A stretch of 64,000 nt of DNA from Candidatus Aenigmatarchaeota archaeon (GTDB taxonomy: Archaea; Aenigmatarchaeota; Aenigmatarchaeia; QMZS01): assembly GCA_023134135.1 (NCBI GenBank), contig JAGLVB010000012.1, positions 4,072 to 68,071 of the forward strand. Direction: 5' to 3'. A program made the position numbers and the translations under genes. Of this stretch, positions 36,677-46,544 are shown one piece after another. The notes under the pieces were generated by a model, which was given only the letters and a program-made list of their open reading frames with translations, ran no database searches and was not told where the DNA came from. The stretch's first letter is position 1, and every line of letters begins with the position of its first letter.

Positions 36677-36952
36677 ATGCCAAGAGGAGATAGAACCGGA
36701 CCGGAAGGAAAAGGATCTAAGACTGGAAGAGGAGCAGGTTTCTGCACAGGAAATAAAACCCCTGGATATATGAACACTGGATTTGGGGGTGGACGCGGAT
36801 TTGGAAGAGGTCTCGGAAGAGGATTTAGAACAGGTAATTCAAACACCGAAACTCAAACCAAAGAAGAGCAAAAAACCGCTTTAGAAACCAATTTAAAAGA
36901 CATTGAAGCGGAAAAACAGGAACTTAAGAGAAGATTGAAGGAACTGGAATAA
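36677..36952 (+). CDS. DUF5320-like Gly/Arg-rich small protein
   Basis: N-terminus MPRGDRTGPEGKGSKTGRGAGFCTG followed by a coiled-coil tail. Confidence 0.6.
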   Translation: MPRGDRTGPEGKGSKTGRGAGFCTGNKTPGYMNTGFGGGRGFGRGLGRGFRTGNSNTETQTKEEQKTALETNLKDIEAEKQELKRRLKELE

Positions 36953-36977
36953 AAGTTTTTTCTTTTTTAATATTAAT

Positions 36978-37397
36978 ATGAATCAGAAATTAAAAGAATC
37001 GGTCGCAAATGCGGCAAAGGCTCTTGGAAACAGCCTGCCTGTATTAACAGGTGTTATTCTGCTTATTGGTTTAGTTAACACACTTGTACCAAAATCTATT
37101 TATTCAACATTATTCAGCAATAACTTCCTTCTTGACCCTATTATCGGGAGCGGGTTGGGAAGTATTCTCACAGGCAATCCTGTAACAAGTTATGTGCTTG
37201 GAGGAGAACTTCTTTTGCAGGGAGTAAGTCTTATCGCAGTCACTGCATTTATTGTTTCATGGGTCACTGTTGGAATAATACAACTGCCTGCGGAAGCAAC
37301 ACTGCTCGGAAAGAAATTCGCGGTGGCAAGAAACATTATCAGTTTTATATTTTCAATCATAGTTGCAATAACAACTGTGTTTACAATGGGTTTGTAA
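36978..37397 (+). CDS. predicted permease, N-terminal half
   Basis: Four hydrophobic helices, immediately followed by the second half gene. Confidence 0.5.
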   Translation: MNQKLKESVANAAKALGNSLPVLTGVILLIGLVNTLVPKSIYSTLFSNNFLLDPIIGSGLGSILTGNPVTSYVLGGELLLQGVSLIAVTAFIVSWVTVGIIQLPAEATLLGKKFAVARNIISFIFSIIVAITTVFTMGL

Positions 37398-37398
37398 C

Positions 37399-37896
37399 AT
37401 GGGAGAACAAAGTTATTCAGGGGTTTATTTTTTATTAAGTGTCCTCGCTTTATACACCTTAATTGGAATATTCAGAATTGAATCAATCCTCCCCTCATTG
37501 ATATTTTCCCTTTCAATTTTCAAAAATGTAATTCCTGTTCTTGTTCTTATTTTTGGTATAATGACCGCAATGGACTATTATGTGTCTCCTGAATCAATTA
37601 GCAGACACCTTGGAAAATCTTCCGGATACAAAAAATGGGTTTTTGCAATTATAGGGGGAATTATTTCCACAGGTCCGATTTATATGTGGTACCCAATGCT
37701 CAAAGAATTAAAAAAACAGGGTGTTGGTTACGGATTCATTGCAACATTTATCTACAACCGGGCAATTAAACTTCCTTTGCTTCCTATAATGTTACTATAT
37801 TTCAGCGTACAGTACATTGTTATATTAACTCTGGTAATGATTATTGCCTCCTTGATTATCGGCCTTATATTTGAAAAAATAGAAGATAGATTATGA
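37399..37896 (+). CDS. predicted permease, C-terminal half
   Basis: Multi-helix membrane protein, operonic with 36978-37397. Confidence 0.5.
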   Translation: MGEQSYSGVYFLLSVLALYTLIGIFRIESILPSLIFSLSIFKNVIPVLVLIFGIMTAMDYYVSPESISRHLGKSSGYKKWVFAIIGGIISTGPIYMWYPMLKELKKQGVGYGFIATFIYNRAIKLPLLPIMLLYFSVQYIVILTLVMIIASLIIGLIFEKIEDRL

Positions 37897-38198
37897 AAAT
37901 AGCAATCTCTTCAGAAGGCAAAGACGAAAACTCTCAGGTAAGCCAGATGAGCGGCAGAGCTCCTTATTATCTAATCTTCGAAAACAAAAAACTCATAAAA
38001 ACAATTAAAAATCCTTTTAGGATGGGGGGCGGAGGCGCAGGATTTAGCGTTGCGGAAATGCTTTCAGAAGAAAAAGTAAACCTTGTAATAAGCGGTAAAT
38101 TCGGCGGAAACATGGTCTCAACCCTTGAAACCAAAGGAATAAAATCTAAAGAAATGTCAGGAATAACAGTAAAAGAAGCCCTGGAAAAAGCAGAATAA
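37893..38198 (+). CDS. NifB/NifX-like (dinitrogenase FeMo-cofactor-binding fold) protein
   Basis: MKIAISSEG...APYYLIF...GGGAGFSVAEML...VNLVISGKFGGNM is the typical family pattern. Confidence 0.7.
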   Translation: MKIAISSEGKDENSQVSQMSGRAPYYLIFENKKLIKTIKNPFRMGGGGAGFSVAEMLSEEKVNLVISGKFGGNMVSTLETKGIKSKEMSGITVKEALEKAE

Positions 38199-38199
38199 A

Positions 38200-38487
38200 A
38201 TGCCAAGACCAAGAAATCGCAGGAGAATTGGTTCCAAACCAAATATCACTTATTTTAAACCCGCGGGTGTAAGGATGATGGACCTTGAAGAAATTACTCT
38301 GAATATTGATGAATGGGAGGCTGTAAGACTAACTGACTTTCTTGAAATGGAACAGATAGAATCCTCAAAAAAGATGGGAATTTCCCAACCAACATTTCAC
38401 AGATTATTGAAATCAGCAAGAAAAAAATTAACTGAAGCAATTATTAAAGGGAAAGCCATTCGCGTTGAAGGTGGGAATTTTGAGTGA
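38200..38487 (+). CDS. DUF134 (UPF0251) HTH protein
   Basis: MPRPRNRRRIG..P....FKPAG...L..DEWEAVRL.D...Q.E.A..MGISQPTFHRLL. Confidence 0.75.
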   Translation: MPRPRNRRRIGSKPNITYFKPAGVRMMDLEEITLNIDEWEAVRLTDFLEMEQIESSKKMGISQPTFHRLLKSARKKLTEAIIKGKAIRVEGGNFE

Positions 38488-38489
38488 TT

Positions 38490-39059
38490 TTATTTCTTAT
38501 TCCTCAATCTCCATCTATTAATCGGATAAATTATCAACCCCGCCGAGAATGCGGTTATGAATTGCATCACTCCGAAAGCCGCAAGGAATGCAACTGGCAC
38601 AAAACCCAAACTGTACAACACAGATGCAGATGCTGCTAAGAAAATTGCTTTAAAAATACTTCCATAAACGGCTCCAACCAGATAATGTTTTTTATCTTTC
38701 AAATAAAATTTCTTCACGCTAAAAATTAATATTGCATTTCCAATCCAGATGAATGGTAGCATTAACAATAAATAAACTGTTAATGAACCAAATAAAAGAC
38801 CTGTGGTTAATGCCCCAAGACTTGGAAGAAATATCAAAGGTAACAGGTTCTTCCCTTTTGTATATAATGCCCCGGTAATCAACATTGAGTTTACAACCGC
38901 CCCAAGTAAAAATTGGGACTGAAATAAGAAGAAGGGTGTTAGAAAAGCAATCATTGAATAAGAACCAATCTCAAGCAGGTCTTTTGTTCTTGACTGGTGG
39001 ATTCCCGCTCTTAAATTAACCAGACTTGTCAGGTTTTTGCAAATTCCTGTGAATTCCAT
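38490..39059 (-). CDS. integral membrane protein
   Basis: 5-6 predicted hydrophobic helices. Family not recognised. Confidence 0.5.
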   Translation of the reverse strand: MEFTGICKNLTSLVNLRAGIHQSRTKDLLEIGSYSMIAFLTPFFLFQSQFLLGAVVNSMLITGALYTKGKNLLPLIFLPSLGALTTGLLFGSLTVYLLLMLPFIWIGNAILIFSVKKFYLKDKKHYLVGAVYGSIFKAIFLAASASVLYSLGFVPVAFLAAFGVMQFITAFSAGLIIYPINRWRLRNKK

Positions 39060-39111
39060 AATTAATAGATTAATTGATATTATTTAAGTTTAATCAAAAA
39101 TTAACTGAATT

Positions 39112-40497
39112 TTATTTAACTGTTAAAAATCCCCACCAAGGCAATCTCTCATTAAGAACATTTACTTCTTCGCTTTCCGCATCAACAGTTAAATAATTTT
39201 CAACATCCACAGGAATCAAACCAAATAATCTTCTGTTTTCCATAGTCTTAATCTTATAAACTAATCGGTTGTTTTCTTTTTTTAATTCCATTTCTTTGGC
39301 TCTAAGTTTAAGTTTTAACGCAACATCGCTTGCAAGAAGTTTTATCTCAGAATTATTCATCATAAGAGTATTGTTCCTTATTTCCAATCCTGAGGATTTA
39401 ATTTTAATATCCCCATCATGAATCATCACCTTCAGTTTTTCAGGCGCTATTGTCAGGTTCTTATTTTTTATCATTATAGATATTTTCTTATTGACTGAAT
39501 TAACAACTACATCGCCAACTTTTATTTCATTTGGTTTTATTTCAATTTCATCTGCAAGTTCCTCCATCTCGTCTGCATTAAGTTCATCTTTGCTTCTTAT
39601 CAATTCTTCTATAAGTCGGTCTATCTCATTCCTAAGTTCTTTTAAATCACTTATCCTATCATCTGAATCAATTTCCTCTGACATTATTTTGCTGATTTTT
39701 ACCTTGTAATAACTGGAAATCTCTGCCCCTGAAGAAATTACAATTGGCTTTGCTTCAACAAAATCCTCTGTGGTTGCAGAACCTCCGCTTCCTCCGCCTG
39801 AACTTCCTGATTCAGAACCGCCGGTGTTTGAGTTCATCAATTTGCATTTTGTCCGAATCCTGTTAATCTCTTCATTAATTTCAGCAATTGTTCTTTTGAT
39901 TCTCTCTCTTCCATCTTCTGAATATCCTTTATCCTCAAGTTCAGCGTCTGACAATTTATATAATAATTCATAATGTTTTCTCTTCTCAACATATTTTTCA
40001 ATTTGAGAACATATATCAATATAAACAGGTCTTGATTCAACCGCCTCTGCGGTTACAGTCTGTTGGTTCCTGCATCTTTCCATTTCAACATCTGTTTCTC
40101 TTTTTACTGCTTTTATCTTTTCATATAATTTATTTACCAAATCTTCTTCCCCGCTTTCTTCAGCCTCTTTAAGTAAAACCATTAGTTTCTCTAATTCCTT
40201 CATCAATTCAGAATTAATAACGCATACTCTTCGCGTATTTGTCAAAGAAACCGAACCATCTGAATTAATAATTGTTGATATCACGCTGAGACCTGAGCCC
40301 CCTGAACCGCTACTGCCTGAAACAGTTAACCTTGGTGAGATTATCTGGGCTGTGACATTTTCAGGGTCATAAGAAATCGCAGTAGGGTCTTCATCTCCTC
40401 CATCAGAAGAAGTATCATTATCATCTAAAGCGACTACTGCGGACATTCCAAATATTAAAAATATTAATGTTAAAATAATTAATAGTTTGTTTGCCAT
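39112..40497 (-). CDS. secreted/anchored coiled-coil protein with Gly/Ser linkers
   Basis: N-terminal signal or anchor LLIILTLIFLIFGMSAVVA, SGSSGSGGSG linkers and long acidic helices. Confidence 0.5.
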   Translation of the reverse strand: MANKLLIILTLIFLIFGMSAVVALDDNDTSSDGGDEDPTAISYDPENVTAQIISPRLTVSGSSGSGGSGLSVISTIINSDGSVSLTNTRRVCVINSELMKELEKLMVLLKEAEESGEEDLVNKLYEKIKAVKRETDVEMERCRNQQTVTAEAVESRPVYIDICSQIEKYVEKRKHYELLYKLSDAELEDKGYSEDGRERIKRTIAEINEEINRIRTKCKLMNSNTGGSESGSSGGGSGGSATTEDFVEAKPIVISSGAEISSYYKVKISKIMSEEIDSDDRISDLKELRNEIDRLIEELIRSKDELNADEMEELADEIEIKPNEIKVGDVVVNSVNKKISIMIKNKNLTIAPEKLKVMIHDGDIKIKSSGLEIRNNTLMMNNSEIKLLASDVALKLKLRAKEMELKKENNRLVYKIKTMENRRLFGLIPVDVENYLTVDAESEEVNVLNERLPWWGFLTVK

Positions 40498-40566
40498 AAT
40501 TAAAACAACAAATATTATACTTAAGAACTAAGATTTTCCAATTTCTGAAAATGATTAATTGTATTG

Positions 40567-41178
40567 TTAATTTCCTTCCTCCTCTTCTCTGCCATCACCA
40601 GTTTCCCAGTCAACAACTTCTATGTTATTCCAGTTACCATCTATTAGTGTTTCAGTTGGTTTTTTCTCTCTGCAATTTATTAGATTATATAAACTAGTTA
40701 AGTCGCCTACAATTCTTGATTTATTAACACCTTCCACCATTTTATTAAATTTAAGTTCATAATTTATTGAACTTGAATCTGGTTTCAGAGTAAGGTCATA
40801 TAGTCCATCAACAGAATATTTTAAATTACCATTGTCGCTCCCCATTTCTCTTAAAACATATCCGCTTGATTCCATCATCTCAAGTATATCCTCAATTTCA
40901 TGTTTAACTAATTCTTCATAGGTCTGGTCTGAAGTATCTATAGAAAGTGGGAATTGTTCCAACAATTTTATTGGTTCGCCTTCCTCTTCCTTATCATTGA
41001 GTTCTCCCGCTCTTTTCAAACCATTTAAAAATCCGTCTAAATCAGAACCATACTTCTTCTCTAACCCATATACATCTAAATCAGTTGGTGTATAAACTAA
41101 ATTACCTTTTATACAAATTCCTACAGGATTATAATTCTGAAGAAATGCTCTGGGAACCAAACCGGCGTTACTAACCAT
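40567..41178 (-). CDS. hypothetical acidic protein
   Basis: 203-aa ORF, no motif recognised. Confidence 0.45.
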   Translation of the reverse strand: MVSNAGLVPRAFLQNYNPVGICIKGNLVYTPTDLDVYGLEKKYGSDLDGFLNGLKRAGELNDKEEEGEPIKLLEQFPLSIDTSDQTYEELVKHEIEDILEMMESSGYVLREMGSDNGNLKYSVDGLYDLTLKPDSSSINYELKFNKMVEGVNKSRIVGDLTSLYNLINCREKKPTETLIDGNWNNIEVVDWETGDGREEEEGN

Positions 41179-41210
41179 ATTTTTATTTACTTTAAAGTAT
41201 TTAAATAAAA

Positions 41211-42146
41211 TTATTTTTTCAGACTTGCCAAAAATGCCTCAACCTGAATCAAAGGATTTGAACCTTCCACAATCCTGAATTCATAGTCAGCGAGAAGTTT
41301 AATAACCCTGACCTTTTCATCGTCCCCAATTTCCAGTTTAAATATCTGGGAATAAATTTGTTTTAAAAGAGCATCCGGACTTACTCCCTGCTCAATCATC
41401 AAATTATAAAGTTTCTTTCTTGATTCAAGAAATTTTCCTTCCAGAGCAAATTTTAATAATTCCTCAATATCTCCGCTCTTTGCTTTTCCAATTACTTCAA
41501 GAACTGTTTCTTCTGAAATTTCCTTGTCTATTGAAGCGCATGCCTGCAGAATATTTGTTGCTCTTCTTAAATCACCCCCGCACTCGCCAAAGATTTGTTC
41601 TATGGCACCTTCATCAACTTTTAAATCTTCCTTTTCAGCGATTTTCTTTACACATTCTTCAACATCATTTTTTGCAACTGGTTTAAACCTGAAAATCACG
41701 CACCTTGACTGGATTGGCTCAATCAACTTTGAAGAATAATTGCAGTCCAAAATAAATCTGCAGGTTTTTGAATAATTCTCCATTGTTCTCCTTAAAGCCT
41801 GTTGGGCATCTTTCGTGAGCGCATCTGCTTCGTCCAAAAGAATAATCTTAAACTCAGCTTTTCCTATTGGTTGTGTTCTTGCAAAATCCTTAATTTTCAC
41901 TCTGACAGTCTCAATTCCCCTTTCATCAGATGCATTTAATTCAACAAAGTTGTATCTATCTCCGAAAAGCTCATTAACAAGGCATAATGCGGTTGTTGTC
42001 TTCCCTGTTCCCTGCATACCCGCAAACATTAAATTAGGAATAGAACCTTTTGAAACAAACGCTTTAAGTCTTTTAATAGTATTCTGCTGACCAAAAACCT
42101 CCTCAAGTTTCTTTGGTCTGTATTTTTCTGTCCAAAGTTCAAACAT
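41211..42146 (-). CDS. rfcS: replication factor C small subunit
   Basis: WTEKYRPKKL, GMQGTGKTT, ILLDEADALT, SRC motif QSRCVIFRF. Confidence 0.9.
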   Translation of the reverse strand: MFELWTEKYRPKKLEEVFGQQNTIKRLKAFVSKGSIPNLMFAGMQGTGKTTTALCLVNELFGDRYNFVELNASDERGIETVRVKIKDFARTQPIGKAEFKIILLDEADALTKDAQQALRRTMENYSKTCRFILDCNYSSKLIEPIQSRCVIFRFKPVAKNDVEECVKKIAEKEDLKVDEGAIEQIFGECGGDLRRATNILQACASIDKEISEETVLEVIGKAKSGDIEELLKFALEGKFLESRKKLYNLMIEQGVSPDALLKQIYSQIFKLEIGDDEKVRVIKLLADYEFRIVEGSNPLIQVEAFLASLKK

Positions 42147-42414
42147 TATTATAATTGTTTAAAAATATAGGAACGATTTGATTATATTAATTTTCTAATA
42201 AAACTATGGAAAAAGAAATATATCCTGTTGTAAGATATACTACTCTAAAAAAAGGGAGATTGGAATACCACTCTGCTTATGACTGTACACCCCTACAAGT
42301 AACTGATTTAAGGAGTGGACCTTTTACAAAAGATATAATATATCCCAAATCTCTCCGATAAACCAGTCTAAAAATCAGGCAATCTCTATAGATTAATTAT
42401 TCCAGTTCATAATT

Positions 42415-43620
42415 ATGATTTACTCGCATTCCAGACTTTCGTCTTTTGAGCAGTGTCCCCTGAAATTTAAATACAGATATCTTGATAAAATTGAACCAAA
42501 AGTCCAGCAAAGTGTAGAGGCTTTCATGGGGAGTATGGTTCACAATACTCTTGAAAAACTTTACAAAGATGTGAAATTTAAGAAAGAAAATTCAGTTGAA
42601 GAAGTGATTGAATATTATAACAAACTCTGGAAAGAAGGGTGGAGCGATTCAATCAGAATAGTGAGGAAAGAATACAAAGAAGAGAATTTTCGGAAAATGG
42701 GGGAACAGTACCTCAGAGATTACTATAAAAGATATTACCCTTTCACAGACGGAAAAATTATCGGTATTGAGAAAAAAATAATGATTTCCCTTGACAAAAA
42801 AGGGGGGTATCAATTGCAGGGATTTATTGACAGGCTTATGTCAACCGGTGACGGGGAATATGAAATCCACGATTACAAAACAAATATTGAAGTTCCGCAG
42901 GTGGAATATCTGAAAAAAGACAGGCAACTTGCTCTTTATGCAATAGCAATTATTGAAAAATATCAGGACGCAAAAAATGTAAAACTAATCTGGCACTTCC
43001 TGTCAGGGAACAAAGAAATTGTAATTGAAAAAACAGATGAAGAACTGGAAAAATTGAGAAAAGACATGATTGAATTAATTGATAAAGTTGAAAGCGAGAA
43101 AGAATTTAAACAAAAAGTATCCGCGTTATGCAACTGGTGCGAGTTCAGGGACATCTGCCCTGAATGGAAACATATGGTAAAAACCGAGAACCTTGAGCCA
43201 AATAAATTTCTTGAAGACTCTGGGGTGGAATTGGTGAATAAATACGCAAAACTAAATGATGAAAAAAAAGAAATTGTTGAAAAAATTGACAAAGAACTTG
43301 AACAGATAAAAGAAGCCATTGTAAAATTCTGCGAGAGGGAAAAAGTAAACTCTCTTAATGGCTCGGATTATATAGCAAGATTGTGGGCGAAATATGTTGC
43401 AAAGTTCCCAGGAAAGAATGATGAGAAAAGGAAGATTATTAATAATATCCTGAAAGACAATAACCTTTGGGATGAATTATCGGAACTGGATGCATTTAAA
43501 TTATCAAGAATATATGACACATTACCTCCAGAAGTAATCAAAAAACTGGATGAATTTAAGAAAATGGAGATGATTGAGAGGGTTTATCTTAGGAAAAAGA
43601 ACAGTTGGCAGACTCCTTAA
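42415..43620 (+). CDS. PD-(D/E)XK (RecB/Cas4-like) nuclease family protein
   Basis: N-terminus YSHSRLSSFEQCPLKFKYRYL, IHDYKT, and C-terminal cysteines CNWCEFRDIC, then a coiled-coil tail. Confidence 0.7.
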   Translation: MIYSHSRLSSFEQCPLKFKYRYLDKIEPKVQQSVEAFMGSMVHNTLEKLYKDVKFKKENSVEEVIEYYNKLWKEGWSDSIRIVRKEYKEENFRKMGEQYLRDYYKRYYPFTDGKIIGIEKKIMISLDKKGGYQLQGFIDRLMSTGDGEYEIHDYKTNIEVPQVEYLKKDRQLALYAIAIIEKYQDAKNVKLIWHFLSGNKEIVIEKTDEELEKLRKDMIELIDKVESEKEFKQKVSALCNWCEFRDICPEWKHMVKTENLEPNKFLEDSGVELVNKYAKLNDEKKEIVEKIDKELEQIKEAIVKFCEREKVNSLNGSDYIARLWAKYVAKFPGKNDEKRKIINNILKDNNLWDELSELDAFKLSRIYDTLPPEVIKKLDEFKKMEMIERVYLRKKNSWQTP

Positions 43621-43640
43621 AAATTATTATTATTATTTAT

Positions 43641-44001
43641 GCCGAGATGGCGGAGCGGCCAAAGCAATAAATAAATCCAACCTAACTATTGCGGTCATAC
43701 GCGGCTGGCTTGAGGTCATTCCTTCTTTTAGAAAAAGAAGGTCTAACAACCCCAAGAAAACAAAATTCGCATATCACGTTTGCTCACTTGTTTTCCTTCG
43801 GAAAACGGTGCACCATTTTTCTTTCAGAAAAATGATTGTTGCAAACGAGCGATTATTATCGGGGTAAACTCAACAAGATACCAGTTTCCCGAAAGGGAAC
43901 GCAGGTTCGAAGCAACCTTTCCTACTTTTGTGAAGCAAAAGAAGGAGGTCTGCACCCAAAAACATGAATTAAGGTGTATATCGGAAATCCTGCTCTCGGC
44001 G
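43641..44001 (+). tRNA. tRNA-Ser(UGA) with three inferred introns (D-loop ~35 nt, anticodon loop 165 nt, T-loop ~75 nt)
   Basis: Acceptor GCCGAGA/TCTCGGC. Anticodon stem GCTGG (43704-08)/CCAGT (43881-85), loop CTTGAG+A. Long variable arm TTCCC-GAAA-GGGAA. T stem GCAGG/CCTGC split by an insert. Confidence 0.75.
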
Positions 44002-44071
44002 TATTATTTTAAACAATTAATTCTTAAGAATTTATAGCCAATTCTACTTTAATTTCTTCCAAAAATATTAT

Positions 44072-44662
44072 ATGAGACTATTGATTGTGAGGCACGGGGA
44101 AACCGAATATAATACCAAGAAAATATTCCAAGGGATTATTAACGAAAAACTGAATCAAAATGGAATAGATCAGGCAAACAAACTAAGCGTCAGGCTAAAG
44201 GATGAAAAGATAGATTTAATTTTCTCAAGCACTTTGGATCGGGCAAAGAAAACCGCTGAGATTATTAATAAATATCACAATCTGGAAATTCAATTTAAAG
44301 ATGAATTAAAAGAGAAAAATTTTGGGGATTTGCAGGGAAAACCTTGGAAAAAATTGATTGAAATTGTGAAAAAAAGTGGGGTGGAATTTCACAAATATAA
44401 ACCTCGGAATGGAGAAAGCGGGGTGGAAGCTCAAAAAAGAATCATTAATTTTCTGAACAAAATTCTTGAAAAATATCCTGAGAAAACAGTTTTATTTGTA
44501 ACTCACGGCGCAGTGATTATGGAGCTATTGTTTCACTTGACTAAACTGCCAAGAAGTGAATCTAAAAAAATTGAACAAAACAACACAGCATTAAATATAA
44601 TTGAAATTGACACCAACAAACATAAAATCCACCTTATAAACTGCACAAATCATTTAGATTAA
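44072..44662 (+). CDS. histidine phosphatase (phosphoglycerate mutase-like) family protein
   Basis: LLIVRHGETEYN RHG motif, and a second catalytic His in VTHGAV. Confidence 0.8.
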   Translation: MRLLIVRHGETEYNTKKIFQGIINEKLNQNGIDQANKLSVRLKDEKIDLIFSSTLDRAKKTAEIINKYHNLEIQFKDELKEKNFGDLQGKPWKKLIEIVKKSGVEFHKYKPRNGESGVEAQKRIINFLNKILEKYPEKTVLFVTHGAVIMELLFHLTKLPRSESKKIEQNNTALNIIEIDTNKHKIHLINCTNHLD

Positions 44663-44798
44663 ATTATAATTGATTTAGATTAAACTACAATTGATTTGGC
44701 TTTAAAAAAGGACCGTCAACGCAACTCCTGTGTCCTTTAGAACTTGCGCAGGATCCGCACAAACCAATCCCGCATTTTGTTATGAAATCAACTGAAGA

Positions 44799-44961
44799 AT
44801 AAAGTTCCCCGCCACAGAGTGACGGGGTATTTAAAAATTAGTTAAAATATTTACTCCACCTCTCTATTATATCCATAGTGATTCACTTTCTTAACCATTA
44901 ATATTTTTGTTTTTAGTGGATTTCAATCCCCGCCACAGAGTGACTGGGTATTTGAGAATAA
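44799..44961. repeat. paired-hairpin element, copy C
   Basis: Near-identical to copy B. The second hairpin carries a stem mismatch (CGGGG to CTGGG). Confidence 0.85.
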
Positions 44962-44972
44962 ATATAATGAGT

Positions 44973-45632
44973 TTAAAAAATTGGTTTATACTCTTGATTT
45001 TTTGGTTCTCCAAACATATCATCTCCTAAATCCCTTGGTTCACCATAGGGATTTATTATATATCCGCGATTATCCAGACCTGGACCTATTCCTCCAGAAA
45101 CATAATCAGTTATCATAGTTCCTGTGACTATATTTACTTTATTGCCATATTTCTCTAAAATTTTTTCAATGCCATATTTAGAGGAAATTGCAAACATTAA
45201 TGTTAAGGTATTCGGAGTGCCACAACAATCTTTTTGGGCTTCAAGTATTTCCAAACTTCCAATAACACTCCCTCCAGTTGCGCACATTGAATCTGCAAGT
45301 ATAAAATCAGTACCATTAATGTCAGGGATGCGTAAATATTCCACACATGGTTTCAAAGTCTTTTCGTCACGCCTCGCCGACATATAAGCAATCTTATCGC
45401 ACTGGTAAACTTCATCCACACCATTTCCTAAAGGTTCACCAGCACGCAAAAGAGACATAAGTGATGGACTAGTTATATCATAGCCATCATCATTAATTAT
45501 TTCGCCCATGGCACTTCCAAGTTTATAGACTTTTTTCCTTAAGCGAGAGTTTACATTATTGTTATCTCTTATTTCTAATACCAATTTTTCTATCTCCGGA
45601 TATTTTCTATCTAAGATTTTTACATCATTCAT
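44973..45632 (-). CDS. upp: uracil phosphoribosyltransferase
   Basis: ILADSMCATGGSVIGSLEIL PRPP loop and GYIINPYGEPRDLGDDMFG C-terminal motif. Start set at the ATG at 45632 to avoid overlap with the upstream remnant. Confidence 0.7.
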   Translation of the reverse strand: MNDVKILDRKYPEIEKLVLEIRDNNNVNSRLRKKVYKLGSAMGEIINDDGYDITSPSLMSLLRAGEPLGNGVDEVYQCDKIAYMSARRDEKTLKPCVEYLRIPDINGTDFILADSMCATGGSVIGSLEILEAQKDCCGTPNTLTLMFAISSKYGIEKILEKYGNKVNIVTGTMITDYVSGGIGPGLDNRGYIINPYGEPRDLGDDMFGEPKNQEYKPIF

Positions 45633-46544
45633 ACTATCACCTATTTTTCCTGCCCTGTAAAACAGGATCACCAACACCATACTGTTTATTTTTTTCTGCG
45701 CGATATTGCGCACTCCAGGGTCCGCATCCGGGACAATTTTTTCTCCATGAATTAAGTTCCCAGGACTGGTCTAAATCATTGTAATCTTTTTGAGTCAATT
45801 GCATTACATTGTACTTTTTTGCAGTTTCGGTGTTGTTATCTATATAATGCAAGAACCCGCCATCAGGGCAGACTTTGATATCACCGTTTGCGTCTATCCT
45901 TAATTGTGAAAATTCATTGCATTTCCAGTCAAGAGGTATCGCGTGTGATTTTATTGCTTCAAGATATGAAGAAGGTGTTGCAAGAAAATATCCCTCATCT
46001 TTCATATCAAAAAGTGTATCAATTAGCTTATCAAATAAAAGTCTGTGTTTTTCAGTTATATTTCCAGAACTGTTTTTCGCTCTATATTCAAAAGAATGAT
46101 TTCCTCCCCATGAACTGAACATATATTCATAACTATTTCATTTTCAGTAAGGTACTCAAGTAAATCGGGTATTGTTTCCATATTCTGCGGCATAATAACT
46201 GTATTTGCTCCAAGAGTTTCAACTCCAGAATCTTTTAGTTCAAAAAGCATTTTTAACCCGGGAGATGATTTTCCGGTTAAATCTTCTGTTTTTAATTTAT
46301 CGGAATAGTAATCAACACTTGCAAAATATCCTTCAAGACCCGCTTCAACCAATTGCTTCTGAGTCTTTTTATCAAATGAAGAATTTGAAAGCAAGGTAAA
46401 TTTGATATCTGTCTCATCAGTTATAAAATCCACAAGATTAGCAAGATATTTTTTAACAGTCCATTCACCACCCAAACCTTTCACAGTTTTTATTCCAAAT
46501 TCATCCAGCTTTTTGAAAGCTATCTTCCAATCCTCAAGACTAAG

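Noticed and set aside
43574-44037. ORFs 43574-43867 and 43780-44037 (+)
   Set aside because: They overlap the multi-intron tRNA-Ser locus and have no protein-like features.
45633-45713. N-terminal extension of the upp ORF
   Set aside because: It overlaps the C-terminal remnant of the radical SAM pseudogene. The ATG at 45632 gives a normal-length UPRTase.
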